Source: the human T2T-CHM13v2.0 reference genome, Homo sapiens. Taken from it: a stretch of DNA of 64,000 bases. The notes under the pieces were generated by a model. That model had not been told where the DNA came from. It did not search any database and saw only the letters and a program-made list of their open reading frames with translations. Every line of letters begins with the position of its first letter. Position 1 is the first letter of the stretch. Positions 24,821 through 39,600 of this stretch are shown here, piece by piece. The position numbers were made by a program, and so were the translations under genes. Location: assembly GCF_009914755.1 (NCBI RefSeq), contig NC_060934.1, one strand, 5' to 3'.

Positions 24821-26747
24821 AAGATATTTTTGGATGTAATAAAGATTTACTGCTTACAATATAAAGAAAACAAAGTCTTTTGGGTCTTTTTTAGCACAAT
24901 TATTCCTTTTGTCCATCTTATTATATGAAAAGGAATATGGTCTGAAAAAAATATAGACATTACTCAGTACTTGGTCTTTGTGAATTGTCAAAGCATCAGA
25001 GCAAATATTGGAGAAGTTTTATTGCTTAAGTTCTTGTCTCTGCTTCTGGCTTTTGTCAAGAGGGTCAGGTCCCCTTCACAAGAAGGGTATAAGTATAGAG
25101 CAGGAGGTCAACAAGCGATAATTCTAGGTTTCAGTTTAAAGAACACAGAAGAAATCTTTCATGAGCTTAGGAAAATTGGAGAAGTATACTTCAAGTAACT
25201 TGGGTTTCTGAAGCTCTTTTTTAGAAAATCAATAGCAATATCAGGCAGTACAACACTAAGAGAAATTTCTAAAGCATTTATGGAATTTTATATCTTTCAA
25301 TAGAGAGCTTTGATTTTAAGTCCCTGTCCCTTTGAAGCAATGTATTGATTTTCTTCCCATTGTTCATGAGGTCACTTTATTTTTATAAGAACACTACTAC
25401 AATTTGTCTATCAATTCAGAGGGAAAAAGGTAAATATACAAATTATTGCCCAGAAAAACTTCACTCTGTAAAAATAAAAAGAATATAATCTATGTTCTCA
25501 GACTTTATGTCTACTCTGTATATTTGTGACTCATAAAGCATTGTGTGGTCTGGAAATCATTACTTTTATTGTTGTTTCAGGATCAATAGCAAGCAATACA
25601 CACTAGTACAAGAAAAGAGAGTCTAGAAATTAAAGGCATGTTTCTTGCCCTAAGTTCTGCCCTTCTCTTCAGCTGAAGGCAATTTTGATGCAATAAATAA
25701 TAATTCTTCATGTACAATTTAAATTATTAATATATTTTTGACCCCCTATGTAAAAAAGAATTAACAAGCTCCTGGCCTAAATCACTCCTATTTTATAAAC
25801 CCAGAACCACAGAATACATTTCTTTGGGACTTATTTATTCTTAGTCCCTCTTCCCAAGAACTAAGAAATGTTGAGTAAGTTCTACCCTATGCCCTGTCTC
25901 ACATTCCTGTTCTACTTTCTTACGACCAGTTTGAGACTGTAATATGTTTTCTATTAACTGGAAAATGGTAAGGACAGCCTTGCTTTTAACTTGACCATCC
26001 TGTTCTCTGGTGGTCTTTCACTAGCACCTTTAACTTTCTGCTGACATTATCTCTTAAAAGAGGTGCGGTGTGAAGATAATGAAGGTCACATACACAATGA
26101 CCACAGCTTCAAAATTAGTCTTGGCATTTAAAAGTTTTAATTTAGCCTAGAAGTGTCAGATGAGTTACATTTCTTCATATTGATTTTTTACTTTTACGTA
26201 GTGATTAAATGAGTTCAGTTTTGAAGGAGTAAATATTTTATGGAATTGTCCAATTTATATAGTTTATTAAAATAATGTTTCTACATTTGGGCATACATAA
26301 AGTTTTTAGATGTTCTTATTAATTTGAAATATGAAAGTGAAGGCATATTTTAAGGCATATTTTAATTTTAAGTGGTACAATGTTTTCAAATGACAAAAGG
26401 ATAAAGAGAAAAAATGTTCATAAATATCTCAACTAGAAGTAATAATTTTAAATGATAGATTTTGTTGGCATATTTATTTGTTTAGATGACACAAATCTGG
26501 AAAACATTGAATATATATTTTTGTAAATGGCTATTTTCACTTAACAATCTATTGTATTACATGTCAGTAAAACAGTTTCTGAATCTTACTTTAATTACAA
26601 TTTTTAAATTTATATGGATATTACATAATTTCTGTAACTCATATATTTCTAGGCACTTAGTTCATTGTCAAGTTTCCACTTTAAATAATAATGCTGCAAT
26701 ATATTTGGTTTACATAAAAGGTACCCAACTTCTCTGATTATTTTGAT

Positions 26748-26918
26748 GTTATTATGGACAAAATTATGTTTTCCAAAATTCATATATTAAAGAAGAAACC
26801 AAAACTTCTGATACTTTGAGACTGTACTAGCCTCAAGAAACATGAGAAAATAAATGTTTAGATTTTAAGCCATTCATTCTGTGGTATTTTGTTATGGTAC
26901 CCCTAGGAAATTAATACA
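26748..26918 (+). mobile_element. MLT1B-like LTR with large internal deletion
   Basis: The LTR 5' end (ttatggacaaaattatg...ccaaaattcatatattaa) joins directly to the 3' part (agaagaaacc...gtggtattttgttatgg...aattaataca). Confidence 0.7.
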
Positions 26919-28594
26919 GGTGCATTTCCAGAAATATACTCACCGCATCAGCGCTTAGGAACTCTGAAATTTTGAATTCACATTCACATTTTGCTCTCCA
27001 TAAGAAGCATGAAAGTTCCTGCTTTATTATGCCCTCACAAACAGTAGTTAATAATGTGTTAAAAAGCAAAAATAGAGGGAAGGGAGGGAGGTAGTGATGA
27101 GGGAATAGAGGGCTAGAGAGAGGGAAGAGAAAACAACAAAGGCATTGCTTTAAAAACAGAGTTTAACAATGAATAGAGACAGAAAGCAGTTTGGCATGAA
27201 TTCTATTTTTCATCTGATTAATTCCATTTAATTTATTAAATAAATATATTTTATTAATAATATGGCCCAAAGCAATATTTTTTCTAATGTTGAAAACATG
27301 CAATAACTACTGGTTACTCATCAATAGAATATAGGGCAAGGATTTATGCAGATTTCAGTTCCTAATAATTACAAACTGCAGAATTTTTAGAGGACCTCAG
27401 AAAGGTAGTAAATATTATGTGACTTTTTAATATAAATTTTAGCAGGCAAACAAGCAATATTTTCCTGTTCAAGGATAACCAGTGGAAAATAAATACATAA
27501 GAAAAGAATGCTTTGCTTTGTAGTGTACTGAATTATAAGCAGTACTTTCCCAACACTATGAGAATTTGATAAATTTTCACACCTACATTTTTGTGAAAAA
27601 AATCTGTGATCGAAGGCAATGAAGTAGTAGAGAATGGGGGAAATTAACTAGCCAAGAGTAGAACCTCTATGATAGAAGACATTTTTTAAAATATAAACAA
27701 ACTTTAAATTTTTGTAAAATAATTAATATTGCCATTTCTCATTTTCCTAAATGTCTCTCAAATGTCATTGGTTTTGCAATTTCAAACTAAACTTAGTAAT
27801 TAAATTTTATGCTGACAATGTAATACAACTCCTAATTTTACAAAATCAACAATAGAGTAGACATATTTTAATGAGTCTTTGAATTTCAAAAGGCTTGCTT
27901 AGGGGAGGATCTCTTTATAGTCAAAAAATGATAAATGCTGTTAATCATTTATCATTTAATTTAATATTGTTAATTTAATATTGGGTTACACAAACTCATT
28001 TTCCTATGTGTTATGGGGATAACTAGAAGATACTGCACTAATATTAACAATATGATAGTCCTGAGACATGTTAATGATATGATTTTGTTTTCTTCATAGA
28101 TGCAATAAGGCAATTAATTTTCATTTTTCAAGTGACTACTATGCCCAAGAGTAAGAATTGCATATATTTTTGTCACTTTCCAAAGTGAAATAAGATTTCC
28201 AATGAAAAATATTAATTTACACCATTATTGATTTAAATCACTGCATTTAGTTTTAATTATACATACCCTGAAGTTATAGGATAGATTTCATCACCTGTGT
28301 TTTCTGTCTTTAACTCAAAATATGCTTATACTTATTCTTATGCTCAAAATAATGCTTATGCTTACACTACATCTAGTAAATATTTTTACATGAAATATTT
28401 TTACATCATGGTGATACATGAAAAGGACCTCAAAACCAAATTAATTTTAGAAAATCCTAGACAAAAATAAGTTAACCATTTTTTTCTTGAAGAAATTCTC
28501 AGAACCACTATTTGTTAAATTTCATTGTAAATCCCCAAAGAAGGTATAGACACTTCAATATTTGCCAAAGGCCAGACTGATAATGTCAATAATT

Positions 28595-28674
28595 ATAGGT
28601 TGGTGCAAAAGCAATTGCGGTTTTTGCTATTAAAAGTAGTGACAAAAACCACAATTACTGTTGCACCAACTTAA
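28595..28674 (-). mobile_element. MADE1 (Hsmar1-derived mariner MITE)
   Basis: 80 bp with TIRs TAGGTTGGTGCAAAAGCAATTGCGGTTTTTG / CAAAAACCACAATTACTGTTGCACCAACTTAA and a TA flank. Confidence 0.95.
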
Positions 28675-29902
28675 TATCAAATGAGATTTTGGTCCTAAGG
28701 CATTTAAAGCTGTGTTGTTCTATTTACATCGCCTAGAACATAGCTCTAAGTTCTATAGTTCTGTATTCACTCCCATTGTTATTATTGTGGTTTTGACCCT
28801 ACTTACCTTATTGCTGCACTATTACGACAGTTCTGCAAACATTCTCCTCTACTGAAATAAATTATCCCCACAAACTGTCTTTCTAAAATCAGATCTCATC
28901 AAGTAGGCTTTGAAATCTTGAACGAATATTCTCAGTTTAACATTTGACATCAGTGTAACATGCATCTATTATCTTTAGCAGTAGTATCTGTACATACTCT
29001 ACCCTTAACAGACCCTATATGTGGGCCCTTACGTTCATTACTGTTTCCCTAATGGCACAATAAACTTTCATACCTTTGTGATTTTGTTCAGAAACACAAC
29101 TACCTCACTTGTATTCTCATATTTTAGGGATTAGTTGAAACGTAACTTAGTAATATCTTTAGTTTAATTTCTCCTTTTGAAGTAATTGATTTATCAAATG
29201 TGTTCTTCTAGTAGTTTATACTTTCATTTATCACATAAAGTACCACAGAGGTACATGTGTCTCTCTTAGTGCACTATAGCAGTATACCAGCCAGGAGACA
29301 TATCATAATTCAGGGAAAAGTGATATCTTCAAAAGACACCTAGTTCATGTGGTATATTTTTTAGTATGTTGCAAAAGCATATTCCTTATATCTAAATTCT
29401 AGTTTCACCTGCTATCATCTCCTATAATTTGATATGACATTGCTATCAATAGAAAGCAAACTTTGGCTGAGTAATTGTAGTAGAAAGATTTGGATTTAGA
29501 GTGAGGGTATGAAGAATAAATCAGAGTGAAGTTATGATCACACTAGTTGGTTTATTTATTAGATGCTTACTGATTGTTAGGCATCTTGCTAAGCATTCTA
29601 TATACACTATCATGTTTATTTCATGATGTATTTCATGTTTATGAACGATAGAAAGGCAAGAGAGCAGTAATAAAAGAGGAAATAAAAAGGCATCTTATTT
29701 ACATTTCAGAATGTTTCCCAATCCAGGTCCTACATTCACATAGCAATATGCATTTTGAACTTACTATGCTAAGAACTAGAAATGCAAAAATGAATAAGTA
29801 CTATGTCCACTTTCATAGAGCATGCAAACTAGTGTTTAATGAATTGTTGTAAAAGATGTCCACAAAAATGCCATGAATGCCATGAATGACCATAGAATTC
29901 TG

Positions 29903-30389
29903 ACTATTAGACTTGAATTGTGTCCTTCTCCAAAGATAAAAAATATACTGATATTCTAGACATCAGTACCTCACAGTGTAATCTTATTTGGAAGTAGGGT
30001 CATTGCAGATATAACTAGCTAAGTAAAAATGAGATATAACTGGAGTAGGGTGACTACTTAATGCAATACGTTTGATGCCCTAATAAGAAGATGAGAAGGA
30101 ACACAGGGACACAGCACATAAAGGGACAACACCATGTGACAAAGGAGGCAGAAATTGAAGTTCTGAAGCTGCAAGCTAAGAAACAAAGGATCTCTAGCAA
30201 ATCACCAGAGGCCAGAAAGAAATGAGAGAGTTCTCACCTATGGGTTTCAGAGAAACCATGACCCTGCTGATACCTTGATTTCAGGATTAAAGTATTTCCA
30301 GAACTGTGAGAAAATATTAATAAATTTTTGTTTTTCTTTGTCATTCAATTTGGAGTATTTTATTACAGCATACCTAGAAAACTAATATG
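29903..30389 (+). mobile_element. MLT1C-like MaLR solo LTR
   Basis: ttgaattgtgtcc...cttatttggaagtagggtcattgcagat...ccctgctgataccttgattt...ctagaaaactaata. Confidence 0.85.
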
Positions 30390-30555
30390 CTCACATAAAA
30401 ATGACAATTTCCATATTTGAGCTAGCTTATGAAATATTACTAAAGCAGTAATGTTAGTTTTCTTTGAAAATAGACATTCTTGTCAGAAAACAGGTGGAGA
30501 GCAATTTGTGGAGCAAGTAACTGATTTGTTTGGCAGATTTTTGTTCATTTACAGA

Positions 30556-31648
<1,093 letters not shown>

Positions 31649-33429
31649 GTTATTGTCGACTGTCTTCTTTATTTTCTAGAAAGAGCAACTCTATTAAGGT
31701 ATAATGTATAACAACTCCGTTACAACAGATAAGAGATCACATAGCATATGCCATAAAGAAAATTTGCTGTGTCTCTTGTTGTTTGTTCAATGATTTTTCA
31801 GGCAATCTAGCATTAACAATGAAATTATATTACAGTAATTGACTGTATAGATTTTCTTTCTCATCTTGTTACTATCTTAATGGTTATTGACATAGAGTAT
31901 GTCCTTTAACTTCAACATTACACATCAACCAAAAATCAGCTTGGGCACTAAAAGGCATATTTAATTCCAAGGACTCAGCACCACATATCAGCTCTGTCGG
32001 TAATTACAAAATGTTCTACTTATCAAAATACTCAACAATTGAGCAATGTAAGTCCTGTGTTATATATCTTTCCCCAAAATACCTACTTAGATCTCTACAT
32101 CTTCAATTTCTTTGGAATGCTTACGTAAGTAGAGATTATTTTGTTTGAACTTTTATTGTTTGAGAGTATTTTTTTATCTGTATTTTCTTCTCACCAAAAA
32201 AAAAAAAACATGTTTTGCTGCAATTTGCTTTACCCATAATGTGAAAGCATATTTTAGAAAAACTGTAACAGAAATAGAATTAAGATGCAAAAAGCAGATT
32301 TTTTGGAGGTAGTTGATTTAGTTGCTTCATGTAACAAGTTTAAAGATTTTGTGTTATTCAATAAGCAATTTCAGGGATCAGTCCATTTTAGAAAATGATA
32401 CACTCCTAAATTATTTATTGTTTTTAGTTTAATAATCTGTTAAACTTTTGAGAAGCAGTGTTATCAATATTTCATTGTTTTTGACTACCTGGCTGATATA
32501 TTTATTAGGCTGTTGCAAATCTTACTCCTTCTCTTCTCAATACTCACATTGATTTGTAAGTACCAGCTGGTTATCTTTCTTAGTAATCAGAATTTCTATA
32601 GTATGTTTTCTTTCCTATAGTTTCAGCTATGTTAGAATATTTAAAAACTGCTTTATGAGATTCAGTCTGTGAAGTTTGAGAGCCTTTTGCTTTTTAGACT
32701 AAAAAGTATGTGTTTTATTTATCTTGCCATTAATCAATGCAAGCACATATGGTAAGTATTCATGGGCACCTACTTGCTTGATAACTTTTATACAATTATT
32801 AGACTCCAACTGACATTTTGTGTTACTTTGCCTTCTTATTTATGCTTTACATTAACCTTTGCTTTCCAGTATGATTTGTTTATTAGAGATCTGCTTACAT
32901 TACTGGATAGCCCTAGTATATTTTATCTGTCAATTCTTAAGCAATCAAGTAACCATGATGAAATAGGAAACAAATTATTTTAATAGCATAGTATCACACC
33001 CTTTTTGAAATAAAATTTTGCAGTATCTTTGCTTAAAAAGTTCTATCTGCTCTTTAGTCTTCCCCAAAGTGCCACCGGTAAAACTAAAACCTGCCATATT
33101 CAGGAAATAGCATAATTCAGAAACTTTAAATTTCTTTCCATACGATGATGACATAAAGAAAAGGTCTTTCTTGCTTTACTTGAGTATTGCTTTAGTTTTG
33201 GGTATGATGTGCATTGTACACTCTGGTATGGTTTATCAATACCAGTTATTTAAGGCAATATATACGACAAAGAAACTGGATATACACTTGTTGTAGTATA
33301 TGATGTCAAGGTTTATTCATTTATATGATCTCACTTAGCTTTCTAATTGCTACACTATGTGTTGAATGTAGAAGTGAAAATTCAGTTCAAAGACTTTTTG
33401 TCAAGTTTAATTTGACTAATTTATATGAT

Positions 33430-33690
33430 TGGTGTAGAACATTTCCATCATCCCAAAGAGTTCTGTCATTTCTGTCAGTCCTTTACCCCTGCCCTATGGC
33501 CCCTGCTTTCTAGCACTTTGTTTTTGCCCTTTCTAGAATTTATATAAAATGAATCAAACTGTATTTGGTGTTTTGTATCCGAAATTCTTCACTCAGAGTA
33601 ATGTACTTGAGAGACATCTATTTTGTTATGTCAGTACGTTATTCTTATTTATTGCTGAGCAGAATTAATTATTTCACAGTTGTCTGGATT
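33430..33690 (-). mobile_element. Ancient L1M 3'UTR fragment
   Basis: gtagaacatttccatcatcccaaagagttc...ttctagaatttatataaaatgaatca...ttattgctgag. Confidence 0.65.
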
Positions 33691-36116
33691 AAATATATAT
33701 ACATATATACTATATTTATTATTATACACATATCTTTTAAATCATCTGTAATAATTGTAAGGAAATATTTTATGTGCCTTTTTATGTGACTTCCTTTAAT
33801 ATTTTCTGTAAATATGTTTGCTGAAATATTTTATATTAGACAAATATATTCCTATTTAATGGATTATATGCTATATTTTGAAGAAAAATATTTCAACACT
33901 ATTTTGTAAAAATATTAATGAAATAATGAAATATTGGCAAATGATGACATTTACTAAATAATGTATCATTATTTTTTACCCTAGTCTAACACTAAACATA
34001 ATAAAATTGTTTAAATTAATTAGAAATTCTTGTATTCACCTATAGTAAAAGTGCAGGTAACATTCTTTATTACTAGGAGATAAATTCATTGAATCTGTTT
34101 TTATTTGAATATATAATTAAAATCTTGTCATAAATATTCAGCAGGCTTAGATTCTCATGCTATATGGCTGAGCAATTTTAAGAAATGGTTTTATAAGATA
34201 AATTGATAATATTGAAATGCCTATCTGTAAGTATATACTGGTATTTCCACTATCTAACACACTAAATGTGTGTAATTCTTCTAAAACCTAGGAAATTATT
34301 TTACTAGAAAGACTTCTACCCTATATGACAATATCCTCTGGGAAAATGCAAATGAATTTTTTTTCCCCAAGTAAAACATAGAAGTTTCACAGGATACTGA
34401 CTAGCTTTTACTTTACATACAATGTTCTTAAACTTCAATATTTGAGTTTTCAAATTTCACTAAATTAAAGAGAGATAGCTCAATGCAACAGCAAAGAAAT
34501 TGAAAAATGTATGAAGTAACTTATTAAAGCAAATCAAGAAACTAAAGTTCTACATAACTTTGACACAAGAATTCCTATGTAATTTGAGATTGCTTAGCAT
34601 GTTATTAATCAGTATGGCTCACATTACTCTCAGGGTATTGCTTAACTTATTACTGTTACAAAATTACATATGTACATAATAATGAGTCATAAATATAATA
34701 ATAAACATAGCAGGGCATCATTGTCATACATGTCTAAAAAGGGTGTAATATTTTTGGAAAATTCCTATGACAAAGAGTTAGACAAATTTTCTTGCACAGA
34801 AGAAGTAACATTTACTTATGTGCCATTTTGAAAAACTATCAGAAAAAATTGAATATACATGTATGTTTTCATATGAGCAAAGCATTAGAGAAGAAATGGC
34901 TAGCTTTCAATGTTCATATTAGTAGACTGAAACTATGTAATTCTCACAGCTTCCATAAAAACAAAAGAAGATTATCAAGTTATTAACTTCTTTACATCAT
35001 TAAAATGTATAAAACTAATAAATCATATCCTGGCTTACTTTTTGTTGTTAATTCATATGTGTATATATATATTTTTCTATTTCCATATCCAAATTAAATT
35101 GCAGAAGTGGATTTATCAGACAAATCATCATTTTCCAGATAAATGGTCTTCTTCTAAATATTTTACTCAATACCTAAGATTTTCTAATTTTCTTATTTCC
35201 CTGATATTTTTCAATTTTTTTATATATACATATATAAAACTATATATAAATATATATATTTGTTTATGGAATTTCACCATTTCTAGTACTCGTTTTCAAA
35301 ATCTGCTTTAAAAATGTATAGTGATTTATAGCTGATGAATTGAGACATTTTTGTTTCAGGTTGGTATCGTATTATCCTAGTTGTTATTTTTAGATACTCA
35401 ACCGACTTTCATTGATCACTTACAGCAGAATGGTCAGAAACATCCCACCTATAATATTTTAAATTTACATTTCTCATTGATTTTGTGCTAATGTATTGAA
35501 TTAATGTATTTGTTGGATTTATTCATACTTTTCATCTTACGCCATTCAGTGAACAGCTACTATATATAAATTTTATAAACTCTATATAGCAAAAGTAGGG
35601 CCTACTCATGTAAGATAAAAGAGACACAGAAAATTTTGTTTGAACAGTGCTTCCAAATTTCTTGGGATTTATGACCAAATATGAAGTCATTATAGTTGAT
35701 ATTTACAGCATTTTTTGTTCTTACACTGAAGGAAATGCATATAATTATTTTGTTTCTCTGTCATTTCCCATGTTTGCTAAAAGATAAATCCCAAATTTTA
35801 TTTAAATAATTTTCCTTCAGAATGTAACAGGGTCACAGGGACTGTACTTGTATAAAGAGAATATGCTATTAAGATTTAGTCTTCTGCAGCTAATCATTTT
35901 TATATAAAATGTGACGAGAATTTTTCCAGGAGCTTTTATGCAACTGAGAATTCAGACTGTGACTGTATATGTGAGAACATGGCAAAAAATAATCTCCACT
36001 CAATGTCTTTCATATCTTGGAACTGATTCTTAACAATAAAGCCTCATTTAACATGCTTTATGAGCAACACTATCCAGTGATTTAGAATTTATTTTCTGTT
36101 TCAAATGGTTGCTTAG

Positions 36117-36235
36117 TGCTTATTAGGAGAGGTCTAAAATGCTGTAGACTCCTAGCATAAAATCTTATGGGTAAGTTGCTTATTAGGAGAGGTCTAAAAT
36201 GTTGTAGAATCCTAGCATACAATCTTCTGGGCAGG
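36117..36235. repeat. Tandem duplication, period 60 bp, ~90% identity
   Basis: TGCTTATTAGGAGAGGTCTAAAATG... starts at both 36117 and 36177. Confidence 0.95.
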
Positions 36236-36694
36236 AAGACCATGGCTGAGGTATCAAGTAATCCAAACTGCCAATTCCACCTGTATTGTTCCTTGCTCAC
36301 TTCCTTCATGTTCATTTAATTCACTAACTTCATTTCTCCAATCTGTTATCTAATACTTTGTCCACCTGTTTTACTTCACTTTTGCACCCTGCCTTAAATT
36401 GCCCAATACTCACCAATGAGAGACATAAGTGAGTCCCTTTCACTTCAGTCTAAGTTATGAGCTTTGATTCTGGAGTGAGGGCCTGTCTTGACTTAGAAAT
36501 GACCTAAAGACTTCCAGGGTGTGATGAATCTGCTAAGCCTCCAACCTGTCTTTTACTCTGAATGCTATTGCTTTAGCTCAGAATACACAATGTGAAGCTT
36601 AAAATTCTTCAATAATTAAGGACATAATTTCAAGAAAATAAAGACAATAAACCACTAGATGAAGGGAAAGCCCAATTCCTGTTGCAATGCTTAG

Positions 36695-39600
36695 TAGTGG
36701 TCATGCTAACTGGAGTAAGACGATATCAAATTGTGGTTTTGATTTGCCATTTTTTTATGATTCCTGATGTTGAGCATCTTCCATATACCTGTTGGACATT
36801 TGTATATATTCTTTTCAGAAATACGTATTTAGATCACTTGCAGACTCTTTAATGGGATTGTTTGAAATTTTTCTGGTGAGTTGTTTGAGTTTTTTGTATA
36901 TTCTGGATATTAGTTTTTTGGTGATGAATATTTTGCAAACATTTTCTCCCATTCAACAGGTCGTCTCTTTACTATGTTGGTTATTTCTTTTCTAGTGTAG
37001 TAACTTTTTAGTTTAATATAGTTTTAATTGCCTATTTTTGTTTGTTTGTATGTGTTCTAGGGCATCTTAGCTATAAAATGTTTGCTTAGACCAATGTCCT
37101 GGAGTGTTCTCCCTATATTTTCTTCTAGTAGTTTTAATGTTAACAGGTGATATATCTCAGTCTTTAAGCCAGTTTGATATGGTTTTTGTATAGGTGAAAT
37201 GTAGGAGCCTAGTTTCATTCTTATGCATATGGGTATCCAGTTTTCCAAGTAACATTTATTTTTATTTTTGAGATGGAGTCTTGCTCTATCGCCCAGGCTG
37301 GAGTGCAGTGGCACAATCTCGGCTCACTGAAACCTCTGCCTTAGCCTCCCGAGTAGCTAGGATTACAGGCACCTGCCACCAAGCCCGGCTTAATTTTTGT
37401 ACTTTTAGTAGAGCTGGGTTTTCAACATGTTGGCCAGGCAGGTCTTGAACTCATGACCTCAAGTGATTTGCCTGCTTCAGCATCCCGAGCTGCTGGTATT
37501 CATGTAACATTTATTGAGGAGAGTATCCTTTTCCCAGTGTATGTCCTTGGTGCCTTAGTTGTAAATTAGTTGGCTTTTAAACCTCTGGTTTATTTCCCAG
37601 TTTTCTATTTTGTTCCATTAGTTTGTGTCTGTTTTTATACCAATACTATGCTATTTTGGTTCCTATAGCGTTGCAATATATTTTGAAGTCAGATAGTGTG
37701 ATGCCTCTAGCTTTGTTCCTTTCGCTCAGGATTGACTTGGCTATTTATGCTCTTCTTTTTCATTTTAGGATTGTTTTGTTTGTTCCAATTCTGTGAAGAA
37801 TGGCATTGGTATTTTGATAGGAATTGCATTGAATCTATAGATTTCTTTGAGAAGTATGACTATTTTTACTACATTAATTATTCTGATATATGAGCATGGT
37901 ATGTCTTTTCGCTTTTTGTGTCATCTCCAGTTTCTTTCATTAGTGATTTATAGTTTTCCTTGTAAAGGTATTTTACCTCCTTGGTAAAATCTTTTTCTTG
38001 GTATTTTATTTAGTGGTAGCTATTGCAAATGGTACTACCTTTTTGTTTTTTTGTTTTTTTTCAGCTAGTTTGTCATTGGTGTATAGAAATGGCACTGATT
38101 TTCGCACGTTGATTTTGTATCCTGTGACTTTACTAAATTTGTTTTTCAGTTGTAAAAGTTTTCTAGTGGAGTCTAGACTTTCCTAGATATAAGATCAGGT
38201 CATCTGCAAAGAAGGACACCTTGATTTCCTATTTTCCAATTTGGATGCTTTTTATTTATTTCTCTTGCTTGATTGTTCTGACTTCCATTACTATGTTGAG
38301 TAGTAATGGCATTCTTGTCTTGTTCTAGTTCTTAGACGAAAGGCCTTAAGCTTTTTCCAATTCAGTATAATGTTAGCTGTAGGTTTATCATATATGGCCT
38401 TTATTATATTGAGATTTTTTTTCTATGCTGAGATACTTGAGCATTTTTATCATAAAAGAATGTTGAATGTTATGAAATGATTTTTCTGCATCTATTGAGA
38501 TGATAGTTTTTTGTCTTTCATTTTATTGATGACTGTCTTTCATTCTATTATGTCTATTAATTTGTGTATGTTGAACTAATCTTTCATCCCTGGGATAAAT
38601 CCTACTTTATCACGATAAATGATTTCTTGATATACTGCTGTATATGGTTTCCTACTATTTTGTTGAGAACTTTTCTGTCTGTCCTCATTATAAATGTTGG
38701 CCTGCGGTTTTCCTTTTTTGTTGAGTTCTTGTCTGATTTTGGTATCAGGGAAATGCTAGCATCATAGAATGATTTGGAAGAATTCTGTCTTCTTCTACTT
38801 ATTGGAATAGTTTGAGAATTCGTATAAATTCTTCTGTTAAAGTTTGGTAGGATTAGGCAGTGAGGCCATCAAGTCCTGGGCTTCTCTTTGTTGGGAGACA
38901 TTTTACTGCTGTTCAAACTTGTTACTTATTTTGGTATGTTCAGCTCTCTATTTCTTTCAGATTCCTTCTTGGTAGATTGAATGTGACCAGGAACTTATCC
39001 ATTTCCTCTGGGACTTCCAGTTTTTTAGTATATACTTGTTCAAAATAGTCTCTAATGAGCTTTTGTATTTCTGTGATACCCATTGTAATGTCTCCTTTTT
39101 CATTTCTAATTTTATTTGGATCTTTTATCTTTTTTTCTTCATCAGACTAGCTAGTGGTTTATTGATTTTGTTTATCTTAAAAAAAACCCTTTTTATTTTC
39201 TTGATCGTTTGTATTAATTTTTTAGTCTCTACTTTATTTTGTACTGCCCTGAACTTTGTTGTTTCCTACTACTAATTTTGAGTTTGTGCTTTTGTAGTTC
39301 CTTGAGATGCACTTAGATTGTTTCTTTGAAATCTTTCTACTTTTATGACGTAGACATTTATTGCTGTGAACTCTCATATTGGCATTGCCTTTGCTGTGTC
39401 CAGTAAGTTTTAATATTTTGTATTTTGTGTTTCCATTTTCAGTTTCAAGGAATATTTCCTTCTTAATTTCTTCCTTAACCCAATAGTCATTCAGAAGCAT
39501 GTTGTTTGATTTTTATGTATTTGATAAGTTTCCAAAGTTCCTCTTGGTATTGAACTCTCTAACATATGGCATATTCTGGAAAATGTCCCATGTGCTAAGG

